Origin: Octopus sinensis
Lineage: Eukaryota
Reading direction: 5' to 3'
DNA length: 64,000 nucleotides
NCBI RefSeq assembly: GCF_006345805.1
Contig: NC_043003.1
Location: 114,886,001 to 114,950,000 of the forward strand
The number at the start of each line of letters is the position of its first letter. Position 1 is the first letter of the stretch. Below the pieces are notes generated by a model. The model worked only from the letters and a program-made list of their open reading frames with translations. It was not told where the DNA came from and ran no database searches. This document shows positions 23,391 to 36,929 of this stretch, piece by piece. Both the position numbers and the translations under genes were made by a program.

Positions 23391-24247
23391 ATTTTTACTT
23401 CATAAATTTTACAATTAACCGCAGCAGACTAACATCTCACCAAAATCTTGTTATTTCTGCCATCAACATCCCTTTAAAGAAACCAGTGAGACGTACTTGC
23501 ATTATCTAAATAGCAAAGATTCCGAGCAAGGATTAACAAATGTGAGCGAAAGTGTGATTACGTGTATTTCTGCTAAGACCATAATATTTTCTACATGTGC
23601 TTTGTACATCGATATTGACAGGACACACATAATTTATCCTTAAGCTATGCTTTCTCTCGATACATGTCTTGACCACCTGTTGCTCTTAGACACGCACAGC
23701 CAAACGCAACAACGAAGTAATTTATATCCTACTTCAAATAAAAATACATACAGACACAGAAACAGTGCTCTAGGCATTCCACTCATGACATTCACATTCA
23801 CAGACAAACAATATTTTCGTACATTTACGCACGCACCTGACTGCACACATTCATACAGTCAACATAAACAGATAGACCAAAGTACACCCAATCAGATTCG
23901 AGCGCATTACGAGTGTGTGTGTATATCGAAAACATACAAAGTGTCATATATACGTCAATAGTGTTGTGCCAATGTTACCAGTCAATAGGAACTGATCATT
24001 CACTAAGTTTAGTTCTCGACCTGCTTTGTTTTGAGGTTCCTTCTCAGTATGAGATTCTTTATTTTTAATCCAACTTGTTCGTGTTAAATAGCAGCATCAC
24101 CGTCCCTGAACAACTGCAGCAAAAGCACTACAAAAGCAACGGAAATCGCAACATTAAGACTCAGTCATTTCAAACAAGTGTAGAATAGTAAATGAAGCTA
24201 TGTCCACGTAGATAGACGATCTGCCAGAAATAACAGTTAAATACCTT

Positions 24248-24667
24248 GGATCTTTTCGGTTTGAACGGCAGTTTTTAACATAATTTTTAGATAACTAAAA
24301 AATTTTAAACTTCCTATACTTGTAGAATGTGTTTATAAAACATCTTTTTCTCTTGGCTTTATTGAGAAAATTCTATAGTTTGTAAGATATTTGTTGTTTT
24401 TTTTTCTTCAATTCTGCAATTTCAACCAATCACTGACGTCTATTGTGGTAAAATAAAACATTCTGTGCCGTATAAATATGTCCCTCGTTTAAGAAACAGG
24501 TTGGGTTTATTTACATTTGTGAAGAAAAAAAGATACCCTTCCCCCCACCCCTAACTCTAACCCTAAAACAGATTGAAATGCAATAGATCGATACTAGGGT
24601 CATAATTATGGGTGACAATTTCATATGACACCGCTAGAAAAAACTGCCGTTCAAACCAAAAAGATCC
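24248..24667. mobile_element. MITE, second copy of the 314-731 family
   Basis: Same TIRs and internal sequence, including the CCCTAA-like stretch. Confidence 0.9.
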
Positions 24668-25209
24668 GATACATCTCAGACCCGATACATCTCAGACCCG
24701 AAAGCTAAAAGGAATAATATAGACTTAGATTCTATTAGAATGATTGGAATGCCACGGTAGGAATATATCTAAAGGTACATCTGACCTATCAGACATGAGG
24801 TTGGCATGAGCATTAATTAGACATGATAATTCTCGTACCCCACAAAACTATGAAAGTAAACACGTGAAATCAGTAAAAAATATGTAGTAAATCTGAAGTG
24901 TGTGCGTGTGTGTCTATTTGACTCTGTCATCTCTTTCCCTCTCCCGCTGAGTGTGCGTATGCGTGTATGCGTGTGTGTGCCTGCGTGCCCGTGTGTGTGT
25001 ATTCCTATTTGACTGTGTCATCTTCTTCCCTTACCCTCTGTTTGTGTGTATGTGTGTGTGTGTGTGTGCGTGCCTGTATGTGCGTGGGTGCCTCTGTGTG
25101 TATGTATGTGTATTTGACTCTGTCATCTTCTTTTCTCACGTACACACACATACACACACACACACACATATATATAAATATATACATATAGATAGATAGA
25201 TAGATATGT

Positions 25210-25504
25210 GGAGGCGCAATGGCCCAGTGGTTAGGGCAGCGGACTTGCGGTCGTAGGATCGCAGTTTCGATTCACAGACCGGGCGTTTTGAGTGTTTATT
25301 GAGCGAAAACACCTAAAGCTCCACGAGGCTCCGGCAGCGGATGGTGGCGATCCCTGCTGTACACTTTCGCCACAACTTTCTCTCACTCTTTCTTCTGTTG
25401 GCCTGCTCGCTTAGCCAGCGGGGTGGCGTCATTTGAAGGCTAAAATGCGAAGCGCATTGTGACCAGCGATGTGTAGCAACATCTGACGGTGACGGTGACG
25501 GTGA
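25210..25504 (+). mobile_element. SINE family B
   Basis: GGAGGCGCAATGGCCCAGTGGTTAGGGCAGCGG..., tail (GACGGT)n. Confidence 0.9.
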
Positions 25505-25927
25505 CATATAGATATATAAAGATATTAAATAACCATTGAAAAATAGATGTTTTCTCTCACGACCAGGACAAAATTCTAACAAAATACATAATAGATACTT
25601 ACCTCCGTTCTTTTTTCCTGACGGTCAATACCTTGAACCAATTTTTAAATCTGTTTCGTTCACACGTCAATTCGCATTCTTGATTTGACGCCAGCGTTCG
25701 TCTATTGTTGCGCCTCATCTACAGTCGACCAGTTAATTATGAATTTATGAAGACTTATCATAAGCAAAAACTTAGTAAATTTCCACAAATCAGAAACGGA
25801 TTCTTCTTCAGGGCTGGTAAATGGATTTCTGGATTTCAACTCGGTTTTCTAATATCAGTTCAGTTTCATCAATCTATACCTTATGATCATCTCGGATTTT
25901 CTTTCCGAATTTAGCTCTATAGACATT

Positions 25928-26153
<226 letters not shown>

Positions 26154-26619
26154 GTTAACAATAAATAAATACGTGTTGAGTATTCTAAAATGGTATGGGA
26201 AAAGATGAAATTACTCTCTACATACTTTAGAAATCCATTCCAGCCCCACCTCACAATAATCCGAACTATGTTACTTGGGGAGAAGACGTGTCAGATATAA
26301 TCTGAAATTGCTACCGTAAATTTGACCAATAACCTCAGCAACAGCATCAAAATTAGGACATACGAACTTTCATCAAACGATAATAACACTAAACATCCTA
26401 CGGTGTCGTATACAAGGTGGTTTAATTAATTAATTTTAATGGCACCTTAATCTCCTTCAAATCAACGCTCCTATATGAAGATATGATGATATCGGAGAAT
26501 GGAATCCCAGATACACTATGCTTGTAAAGATAAAGAGAGACTTTGAATGACTTTGGTTGTAGGATTTCACATCAATAAATACTCTAATGTCTAATGGTTA
26601 TGTACAACGAGACAAGGTC

Positions 26620-26790
26620 TGGAGTCAGGTGGCCTCGTAGTTAAGTTGTTGCACTCATAATCGTAAGATTGTGGTTTCAATTCTTGGACGAGGTGATGCA
26701 TTTTGTTCCTGAGTTACACATACATGTTGTTCCATTGTAGTCAACTGAGAAAAAGTGTAATCCAGAGACAGACGAAGACCTGTCCAGGAT
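26620..26790 (+). mobile_element. Highly decayed tRNA-derived SINE
   Basis: GTGGCCTCGTAGTTAAG...ATCGTAAGATTGTGGTTTCAATTC resembles the family B/C heads. Confidence 0.45.
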
Positions 26791-27499
26791 GAAAAGGAAT
26801 GAATAAACCACAGAATCCGGGTAACCTCCTTTATGAGCCTATGGCCCAGGAAATTCTTCTGATTCCTTCATGCTTGACTGAAGACTTTGTCATAGTGTCA
26901 AAAGTTGTGGGAAAATAAGAAGAAATAAATGCTTCAAGTACACACAAATTTACTTTGATTCTTACATGACCAAGAGCATTCACCCGAAACAAAAATATTA
27001 GCAAAATATCAAGAACAGGATACATTAACAAACTTTCATCTCTTCATAAAAAGAAGAAAACTTGCCATTCGAATATGATTTGATGCATAAAGTTCTATGT
27101 TGATATCTTTGACTTAGTAAATCAAATAAGGAAATGATTAACAATCGACCAACTTACGGAGACTTAAGAACTAATAAACCAAAAACCTGTTAAGTAAAAG
27201 ATTGATTAAAGAAAAATACTTTGTAATTAGTAATTAAACTCAATAAGGGTAAGATTAACAGTAATAGTTTTAAAATGTCTTTGATGGATGTACATTTTAC
27301 AGGAAAAAAAGTGGCTATTATTAGGAAAATTATATAGGTCTCAAGAAAATATGGGATTGTCATATGTAGAACGCCTGCGTATTGTTGCATTAGAATTCTT
27401 TCTTTTTTGGCACAAGGCTAGTAATTTTGCATGGAAGGGGCAAATTGGTTATATTAACTCCAGTATTCAGCAGGTAATTTTATTTTATCGATCACTAAA

Positions 27500-27610
27500 G
27501 GATGAAAGGTAAAGTCGACCTCGGTGGCATTAAAACCAAGGATGCAAAGAGACAGAAGAAATGTCGCAAAGCATTTTTACCGCAGCACCAACGATTCTAC
27601 CAGCTCATTA
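27500..27610 (-). mobile_element. SINE family D 5' fragment
   Basis: AAAGGATGAAAGGTAAAGTCGACCTCGG...ATTCTACCAGCTC. Confidence 0.65.
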
Positions 27611-28363
27611 GTTAAAGGTAACAAGGTGTATATAGTATTATATACACAACAATACATTGTTATATAATTTCTAAGGTATCACCAGTAGCATTTAGAACAT
27701 TCTGTAACTGCTGTCTTAGTTAAAAATAGCGTCAATATCAACAGCAAAAGCAAGAACGACAGCAACGGAACAACTTCACTCAAGAACCACTTTGTTTAGA
27801 TAGCAACAAAAATATTTACATTAGAGTAGATTTGGTGTTTTGGTTGATGACAAGCAGAGTATCAACGACAAAACCATCACTATGGTATCACATCACTAGG
27901 AACATTTACACAATAATGTAACAGGCGGGTAACATAACAACAATAACAAATAAAATGCCGGTATGTCAGTCTAACCTAATAGCCCTAACATTTTCACTTT
28001 TCAATGTAGCTGCCATAACAGTCGCCATCATTAACAGTAGCAACATCCCTTTGTAGCGTCTTCTTCATCAACATTTACATTCGACTCTAATTGCCCATCG
28101 AAGTTGACATCAACAACAACAAACATCATCAGCAGCAGCATCGTAATGCGATTTATTCATTAACAACAGAAATATTACCACAATAATACGAATGATATGT
28201 AAGTCAACAATCATAAGATCCGGGACAACAAATACACCATTGTCAGTTCAGGTAACGACACTCTAGCTGAAACAACAAATAATGATGGAACCATGGCAGA
28301 GACAGCGGTTCCCAACCGGGGTCCATATAAGACACAAATTATTTAAATTTTGATACAATTATT

Positions 28364-28768
28364 ACTCTTTACTCTTTTACTTGTTTCAGTCATTTGACTG
28401 CGGCCATGCTGGAGCGTCGCCTTTAGTCGAGCAACTCGACACGGGACTTATTCTTTTTGTAAGCCCAGTACTTATTCTGTCGGTCTCTTTTTGCCGAACC
28501 GCTAGTTGACGGGGACGTAAACACACCAGCATCGGTTGTCAAGCAATGCTAGGGGGACAAACACGGACACACAAACACACACACATACATATATATATAT
28601 ACATTAATACGACAGGCTTCTTTCAGTTTCCGTCTATCAAATCCACTCACAAGGCATTGGTCGGCCCGGGGCTATAGCAGAAGACACTTGCCCAAGATGC
28701 CACGCAGTGGGACTGAACCCGGAACCATGCGGTTGGTTAGCAAGCTACTTACCACACAGCCACTCCTG
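28364..28768 (-). mobile_element. SINE family A, full length
   Basis: Reverse match to the other family A copies, with a (CTCTTTTA)n tail. Confidence 0.92.
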
Positions 28769-29024
28769 ATAATATTTAATTATAAAAATACAGAAAATTT
28801 TTTTTTATTTACATTGACTGTATCTAGAAGCTCAGTAGAGCAAAATAAGAATGAGAGGGCTCCATATAAATAATGGTTGAAAACCGCTGATCTACATGGT
28901 CACTCGAGTCTTTAAAAACAGGCGTTAACTCTCTTGAATTACATAGCATTGTCTTAAGTAACAAAATTACAAAATGGACGAAGTTGTCCTATTCATTTCT
29001 ATAAATACAGTTGGGACACAACTT

Positions 29025-29240
29025 CTTCTTCTTACAGTATTCACCCGGGGTGGGTTCAGCTGGTTTCATTCATTCTCAATGCTGCATCTCTCACAAACGC
29101 AGACCAGGCATGGCGATTTGAGGCTAACGACCGCGTGATCTCCTCATGTATATCGCACCATCTTCAATGGGACACAACTGGAACAGTGGTTATCATTGCT
29201 GAGCACTACCAGGGCTAATGAATACAACCCAAGGGGACGG
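29025..29240 (-). mobile_element. RTE LINE 3' end fragment
   Basis: Minus strand reads SLASNRHAWSAFVRDAALRMNETS*THPG*, followed by an (AGA)n tail. Resembles RTE C-termini of the LA.DR..W...VRD.....A.STRPG* type. Confidence 0.55.
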
Positions 29241-30679
29241 AACCATATACACGGTTGTGGGAACTGTTCAAAAGAACATCCAAATGTCACACTTATACCA
29301 AACTAACGAATTGAATACAGGACATATTGAATAATGCAGCTCAGAAATTATAATGCCTGCAAAAAATTTGGAATGATCTTAGCTGAGATACCATTGACCG
29401 ATGATCTGTTCGATTAGGGCCAAGCTGTAAGTAAAAGATCTGAAAGTCAAGAACAATGCCACCAACATCAACATGAGCCCTGTTAACAGACGCAACTACA
29501 TTATCACTGTTAGCAACCACAACTAAATGAACTACAAATACAGGATCACAGTTAGAAAGCACGATTAAATGCTATCCTAACTCCCATTTCAACTAACCTA
29601 ACCCTATTACTGTAACAATATCCTTTGCTCTAATAGGGTTTCCTCACATCCCTCAGCACGCCCAGCCCTTTATATCGCTTCTTCCTTTTCCTTTTCTGTC
29701 CTTTCCTAACGAATACTCTCTCACAAACATTCACCTCTCTCAAACTCGATCTCTCTCACTTCCCCCAATCCCTCTCTTTCTGTCACATCCGTTCTCTCCT
29801 TCTCTTTCTCTCACTTTCCTCTCTCTCTCTCTCTCTCTCTCTCCCTCTCTTTCTCTACAATATCCCCATCCCCACCATACCTCCTTCTTCCAATCTATTC
29901 CATATTACCTCCGTTGATTACAAGTGAAATTCTATTCCTTGATTTTATTTTCTTTCAATTTCAAGCCTCTTCTTGAAATTTAACAACGGCAAAAAGAGAA
30001 AGCAAAAAAGAAACCCCCCCCAAAAAAACGCATTATGATTTCTCGACTTGGCAGGTGGCAGCACTGACCTCTGTTGTTAAACACAATTCATTGATTGTTA
30101 CTGAATCTCGGATGCTATTTCTGGAGTTGTTTTTACGCTGTTGTTTTTAGCGAATTGGTCACAACGGAAAGATGTTTATTTTTTCTTGTTTGTTTGAAGA
30201 TTGTGTTTTAGTCAACGTTAGCGGTAGGCAATTATTATTTTAGCTACAGTTGTTGATGATTGTTATTCAGTCATCATTTATTTTCATATCGACGCTAGAG
30301 TAGTAGTGTTGACAGAATTTAATGGAAAGCGTGTTTAAATGTCGCCTTGGCTGTGGGAAGTCAACGAGGAATAAACTATGAGAAATACAAACCGGCGAAA
30401 CACACATCCGTTTGAAAATCGTCTCGCAGATTACAGCATTACGTTATATAATCCAACATCATAGACAAAGGTGTCAAAGATAATTTAATACATTATGTCT
30501 GTGTTACATATGAGTTGGTGATGGCTAGAACATACTTAAACAATAAATCTTCTCCATTGAATCTTATTTAAAGTTAATCGACAAAATACAGTTTTTTAAA
30601 AATCAAGGCAAAAGACTGTATAATATGCAGTATTTTTGACACGAACATCCCTAAATAACTAAATAACAAACTGTATTAC

Positions 30680-30982
30680 AGAGTGGTTGTATATTGTCAA
30701 CTTAACGTGACAGTCCCGTAAGGGAATTACACCACTGCTATTTAGCCCTAGGAAGCATCGACGCTTCCTATCGGCCTTGACACATTTCCTGTGTCCTTAT
30801 ATATTTACGAAGGGGAGACAAACACCCCCAACAGCTAGGCCTGAATCTAAAAACATGCATGTTTCTGGGTCTTGCCCATCATCAAGGCCGATAGGAAGCG
30901 TCGATGCTTCCTAGGGCTAAATAGCTGTGGTGTAATTCCCTTACGGGACTGTCACGTTAAGTTGACAGTATACAACCACTCT
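30680..30982. mobile_element. Fold-back element with ~100 bp arms, Penelope terminal-repeat-like
   Basis: 30680-30780 is the reverse complement of 30882-30982. The ~100 bp spacer carries a hammerhead-like motif. Confidence 0.82.
30850..30892 (-). ncRNA. Degenerate hammerhead motif (C3U core)
   Basis: Minus strand: TTGATGA TGGG CAAGA CCCA GAAAC ATGCAT GTT, with palindromic stem III ACATGCATGT. Stem I pairing is not evident. Confidence 0.45.
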
Positions 30983-31524
30983 ATCGCTCCACCACCGCTC
31001 ATGTCTCGTTGAGACATTTAGAAATTCAATATTTCTGAAAATGTATTACGTAATGGTAAAAACGTTGAATAATATTTACTTGGATGGTCTGGAAGAAGGG
31101 ACAAAGCCCGTAGGTTTTAGAGGCCACACTAGACCGTTCACATTAGTGTCATTGATTCATTGCGGTCAAATAGATGAGCAGGGAAATAAATCCAGACGGA
31201 TACTTTCTGGGAATAAAGGTACGGCAGTAATGATTCATAGAGTTCTGATGAGAAAGAGAGAGACGAACAGGAAGGTGGTCCCTCTTTGGAGATGGCAATA
31301 GTCAGGTTAACTTCGAGGAACAGCGACCAGTATAATTGCAGTAGAAAAGACACAGAGGATACCGTGGCACTTTGGCCAAAGTTTAGGGTATGTACGTTAG
31401 CTACTTCGTGATAATCGATTAGAAAATTTCTTTTGAAGATGTGGTCAAGCATGCTAGAATCTGCATCGGCAGCTGTGCCAGCGTTATTTTGAAATTCTAA
31501 TGTAATATTAACGCAGTTATATAA

Positions 31525-31806
31525 TCTCTCTCAATATAAACGGCAAAATGTCTGCGCGTGTGTCCTTTATACAAATCCACAATTTTTCAGTTAGAGGGCT
31601 CGCACTTTCTATGGTCATTTAAAACCGTCCAAGGGTGGTCGTGAACATCTTTACATTTCCCCAGTCACCCCGCAATAGAAGTGACTTTTTTGTGAATTTT
31701 CTAACCAAAACCCAATCAAAATGCCCGAAACTTGATACGTCAATTGAATGCCAGCTAGCTGTATGTGAAATTATGTTAAAAACCGCCGTTCAAACCGAAA
31801 AGATCC
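31525..31806. mobile_element. Helitron-like 5' segment joined to the reversed left end of the 314-731 MITE
   Basis: TCTCTCTCAATATAAACGGCAAAATGTCTG... resembles 5' ends of non-autonomous Helitrons (from recall). 31764-31806 GAAATTATGTTAAAAACCGCCGTTCAAACCGAAAAGATCC is the reverse complement of the MITE left end. Confidence 0.5.
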
Positions 31807-33219
31807 ATTTTCTCTTGTTATTGTTTGCGATCGTTGCAGAAAAGTAACATTTTTCATGTGTCATTAATGTTGTTGTTACAATGATTGTTGTTTATAGCGC
31901 CGTTGCTGTTGTCGGTGTATTTTGTTGTTGGTTAATCTATGGTAACCATGGTATAAGGATTCTTCCTTCTACATGACGTAAAAACTTAGTTTAGTATATA
32001 ATTAACTGTTATTCCTAACAGATCAAGCAAGGATGCAGTTACATTTATCAGGTGTCTATTGTTATTGTTGTTCTTATAGTTGTCGCTGCTACTGTTGTTG
32101 ATGTTGTTAGAAAGATTATAATGGAAGTTGTTATATTTACATCTTGAATTTAATCATCTTTGTTCTACCATTTTTGTCATCGTTGCCTTTACACAGGGCA
32201 TTTTTAATTGAACCAATTTCCAAAAAGATAAACATCCCAACTGAAAGGCAGCCATCTTAATTTCTACAGGCATATTCTTATATTTTGGAATACATATTTC
32301 GGTTAATTTTTGAAAGAGTGTAGGCTGTGATTTCACATTGGACGGTTAAAATATATAATTAGATCGGGTAACATTTTGGGGTCGACTGTCATTTACCTCT
32401 AACTTGTTCGCTGATTGATATACGATGTTGCTTCTTACATAATCCATGGCTTTCATTGATCAACATTTTCCTTGGTTATCTCTGCTCTAGTTTGTCGGCC
32501 TGCTTTGTTTACTATATATTGGAATGCTGCTAAATGTTTCTTCCATTCCCGATATTATGTAATATTGGATTTTGTCGGTTCGTCTCACAACAAGGTATTT
32601 TTTAAAACTTTTGTGACTAAATTAAGAATATCTTTCTGAGATGTCAACGCAATATTTTAATCGATATACAAAACACTTCGAAGGAATAGGCAAGTAATGA
32701 ATGGAACAATGTAAAGAGGATACCAAAGACCTCACCACTTCCACCTAAATAAGATGGACTGGAAACCTTTTCAAAGCTATATATATCATGTAATAATGAA
32801 ATATATAATGAGTGCAAAATAAATGAAAATTAATATCAGACACGGATCAAAAAAAAAAAATAATTAATTGGATACGGATATTGAGAACAGCAACAACAAC
32901 AGTATTTGTAGATAAATGAGGGAGTGGATGAAAAAAAAAATACAATTGTGAGTTAGTAAAACATATGACTTAAACTATAATGTATACAAAACTTTTCAAG
33001 AACAGCATAAGGTGAAACGAGAGAGGAAACCAAACAACAACAGAGTTGAAGATAAGAAAAGCTGAGAAAACATAGAATGATTTAACGAATAAAACAATGA
33101 AGAAGATAACCACGAAATAATGAACTCGTTTCAGTGTAGACATATAGAGAGGTGAAACAAGAAGCAAAATAATTGCCGTCTCAGACTTGAGTAGCAAGAA
33201 TAAATTAATTAATTCGTTT

Positions 33220-33241
33220 GATACATATATGTATGTATATA

Positions 33242-33312
<71 letters not shown>

Positions 33313-33492
33313 TATATATATATATGTTATATATATTATATATATAAATATATATATATCATATATATATATCATATATATATATATATATATATCATAT
33401 ATATATATATATCATATATATATATATATCATATATATCATGATATATATGATATATACAGATACATAGATGCCCAAACACATACACTTAGC

Positions 33493-33525
<33 letters not shown>

Positions 33526-33530
33526 AGAAG
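33220..33530. repeat. (TA)n / (ATATC)-interrupted tract and (GA)n
   Basis: Direct reading. Confidence 0.95.
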
Positions 33531-33619
33531 GAGTAGCTGTAGTAAATAAAAAATAAAATCAAAGGATAGAGAAAGAATTAAGGAAGAAAACAGAAGAAGC
33601 TACAAAACTTTGTTTATGT

Positions 33620-34330
33620 TGTTCCCCTGGCGGCCAATGAAGATAATAACCACAAGAGTAGGGCCCCATCATAAAAACGATGTGTTTATAAAAGTTTGAA
33701 GGGAGTCACAACTGCTTCGACTTGCATTTACCTAAAACTATTGAAACCGCTAAAGTCATGGTCGCAATTCTGTGACCATGAGGTAGATTCAAGGAAAGAC
33801 CTGCTGTCTGTGGTTTTAAGAAGATTCGACCGCCAATAATTAACAGACAGTCTTCCTGATAACGTAAGAATTCAATGAGGGACGCATCCATGTTGTGGGA
33901 TCCCGCAAACCACATCTGTTCCCCAGTGTCTGAAACTATGGAATTGGCAATATTTCGTTGTCACGGTCACCCTAATGACAACCACAAAACTATTAGGTCC
34001 TTATTTGAATGGCTATAAAGGATGCGCGAGGTAGTCCTCCACACTCGACACAGATTCTCGTCAAGCACATCTTCTAAAGTAAGAAATAGATGTATGTCCA
34101 TCAAACTTAGTTTTACATAATATTCCCATTAAAAAATACAATCTGAAAACCTGAAGCTGTATTAAGATGCATGAGATTGCTAAAGGGAGCAAATGAATTT
34201 TCAGACTACACGTTAACCACTGACTTAGTATGTGTCCAGACAATAAAACATTATTCCAGTTGTTTGCCCTGCATCATGGCTCCTAGCCTAGAATGCCGGT
34301 ATATTGTCATCTGCGTCAGTTGCCATCTAT
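33620..34330 (-). mobile_element. Possible ancient RTE RT remnant
   Basis: Minus-strand scraps DADDNI, CKTKF and VED.YL occur in the order expected for YADD...KTK...VEDFKYLGS. Heavily decayed. Confidence 0.35.
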
Positions 34331-34424
34331 TGGGTCTGCGGACACCAACACTGAAGTGGGGTAGAAGAAGGCTATCTATATATTAGATAAATGAAGATTA
34401 GCCACTCAAATATTGGTTTTTAAT

Positions 34425-34630
34425 TTTGGCACAAGGCCAGCAATATTGGGGAGGGGGCAAGAAGATTATATCGACCCAAGTGCTCAATTGGTACTTATTT
34501 TATTGACTCCCGAAAGGATGAAAGACAAAGTCGACCTCGGCGGAATTTGAACCCAAAGCTTAAAGATAGACGAAATGCCGCTAAGTATTTTGCCTGGCTT
34601 GCAAACTATTCTGTCAACATGCTGCCGTAA
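34425..34630 (-). mobile_element. SINE family D, decayed
   Basis: ATTGGTACTTATTT...GAAAGGATGAAAGACAAAGTCGACCTCGGCGGAATTTGAAC. Confidence 0.8.
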
Positions 34631-34875
34631 CTTGCCACTTAAATATTACACACATATTTACTGTGTTTGCAACGCCATCGACTCATATGAGTTCCTCTAT
34701 CACCTGACAGATTTTGTATTTTGTCCTAGAAAAAACACCAAATCTACTTCTTTTTTACCAAACAAGAAGCTGTGGTTTCCTGTTTAGACGCCAAAGAGTC
34801 AACCACGAAACAGTTTTGTATAAGGTTATATTTTATCAGTAACACTCTCCAACGACTCGTTGTACGTATATGCAT

Positions 34876-34877
34876 AT

Positions 34878-34919
<42 letters not shown>

Positions 34920-35170
34920 GTCGTCATCGTCGTCGTCGTTGTCATCACCATCACCACCTTCATCATCATTGAGGAGCAATTTGCTCGTAGATACGATCGT
35001 TGCTTTCAACATGTTAATCAAACTGAAAGTCATCGCTTCTTCTTCGCCTCCTCCCCCTTCTTCCTTCTTTTTCCTTCTTCTCCCTCTTTTAATTCTTCTT
35101 CTTTTTCGTCTTCATCTTTGTCGTCGTCATCGTCATCATCATCATCACTATCATCTCCTGGAGAAATTTT
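34876..35170. repeat. (CAT)n/(CGT)n and TTC-rich low-complexity sequence
   Basis: Direct reading. Confidence 0.9.
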
Positions 35171-35368
35171 GTCTTTTTTAACTAAATGCTTCCTTCTGCT
35201 AACGCGCACCAGACCTAAGCATTATCGTGCTGAAAAAAGATATATTCCTTCCGCCATCTTCCACAACACAGACATTATGTAACAACCACCTCTACCACCA
35301 AAAAAGAGAATTACCACCACCTCGACCCAACGACCAGAACCTTGTTAACAAACCAATACTACTAGTGC

Positions 35369-35735
35369 GATCACCACCACCACCACCATCACCACCACCA
35401 TCACCACCACCACCACCATCATCACCACCACCATCACCACCATCAACACCATCAACACCACCACCATCACCACCACCATCACCACCACCACCTTCACCAC
35501 CATCACCACCACCACCATCACCACCACCATCACCACCACTACCACCAGCATCACCACCACATCACCACCACCATAACCACCACCATAACCACCACCACCA
35601 CCACCACCACCATCACCACCACCACCACCACCACCACCACCATCACCACCACCACAACCACCACCATCACCACCACCATCACCACCACCACCACCATCAA
35701 CAACAACCAACGGCAGCAATGGCATCATCAGCAAC
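35369..35735. repeat. (CAC)n/(CAT)n microsatellite
   Basis: Direct reading. Explains the poly-P / poly-H ORF at 35227-35802. Confidence 0.95.
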
Positions 35736-36929
35736 ATCAAGAATAGCATCAAGGAGCTGCCTGCGTAATAAGGATAGAGCGAAGAGAAAGCGTTGCATGT
35801 AACGTGCATGGACCTCAGCTGGTTAAGGTAATTTAATTTTGAGTGGAGTCATGAGAAAGAATGAAAGCTGCTTCTAGTGCCAAGAGCAATCGCTGGTGAG
35901 ACTCATTAACATCGATTCTACTTTATCCTTCATTCGTCACAAACTCAACGAGGTGTGTTTGCAGTAATCGTTCATGTTTCTATAAATGGAACAAATATCG
36001 TGAACAAGTGTCATTTTCCTTTCCGTTTAAATGCTAATGGAGACAAAAATAAAAGAATAAAGAAAGTTTTAAATAATTATATAAAATAATAACTTTACTA
36101 AAATACAAAAAGAATATCGTTCTAAAATATTATTAAAATTGTCGAAAGTAAAATACGTCATAAAATAAAAATGGAAAATAAATCTTCATTTGATTGCCAT
36201 TTTGTACTCTTATATATTTCCTATTTTCTATTTCTTCTTTGACTTTCTGCATTAGCATTATAGCCTTATTCCACTTTCCATTCCTAATTGTTGTCATTAG
36301 TGTCATTTATATTAAAGGAGTGTTGCTATTATTATCAAGCGTTCGCAATCATTTATACAAGGCCTCACGTATAAAAGTCACTCATTCTGCAGTTTCTCGG
36401 AGTATAATGACACCGTTTGCGTTATCAACATCTCTGTCGATTACTTCACCATTTTCTGAATTTGTTGCAACTGTTGTCGTTACTCAAGTGGATCTCATTC
36501 AAGTTGTATTTCTTTTTCTAAATTTAGCAGGGTTATTACTTGCACGAGGTGTTGTAACATGTCAGGCCTGTTTTTTTCTTGTCTCATTCAATTATTTATG
36601 CTGTTAGTTCCATCATAGCAAACGTTGATTTTACGAGTCATTGTAGATTGAAGAGAACCTTATATAAGAATAATAAATGATTGACATGATATTGCTTTGT
36701 TTCTAACACGATATGTTGTTTGAAAACGAAAATACTTGAATAACAAACATAGTAATTTTGCTCCACAAACGTTTTCCATGGCTCGTCTCTTACACAGAGT
36801 TATTATTTTGGATCAATCATAAACGAAGATAATCCGCCTGGCACCTTGTGTGTATCCATACGCTAACAGCTCTCTACCAGTCGAGTGACACGGTCGTGTA
36901 ACTTTCAGTTTCGCCATCTGAAGAGAATC

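Noticed and set aside
25210-25285. tRNA-like heads (also at 2651, 8911, 9626, 39455, 45999 and others)
   Set aside because: Each continues into a shared 200-350 bp body and tail, so they are SINE heads and not tRNA genes.
28303-28330. CAGCGGTTCCCAACC hAT-like TIR
   Set aside because: Single short end with no partner TIR or TSD found.
29005-29230. Possible HDV-like ribozyme (GTATTCA...GGCTAATGAATAC pairing)
   Set aside because: L3 is non-canonical and the region is better explained as a minus-strand RTE 3' end.
29341-29620. Possible second Penelope C-terminal remnant on the plus strand
   Set aside because: Only vague similarity (SK.IWK.KNN..NI). The diagnostic Cys and YIG motifs were not recovered.
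35227-35809. 191-aa Pro/His-rich ORF and similar long ORFs (poly-I, poly-L, YI, HTYI, MYVC)
   Set aside because: Translations of microsatellites, with no complex sequence or splice context.
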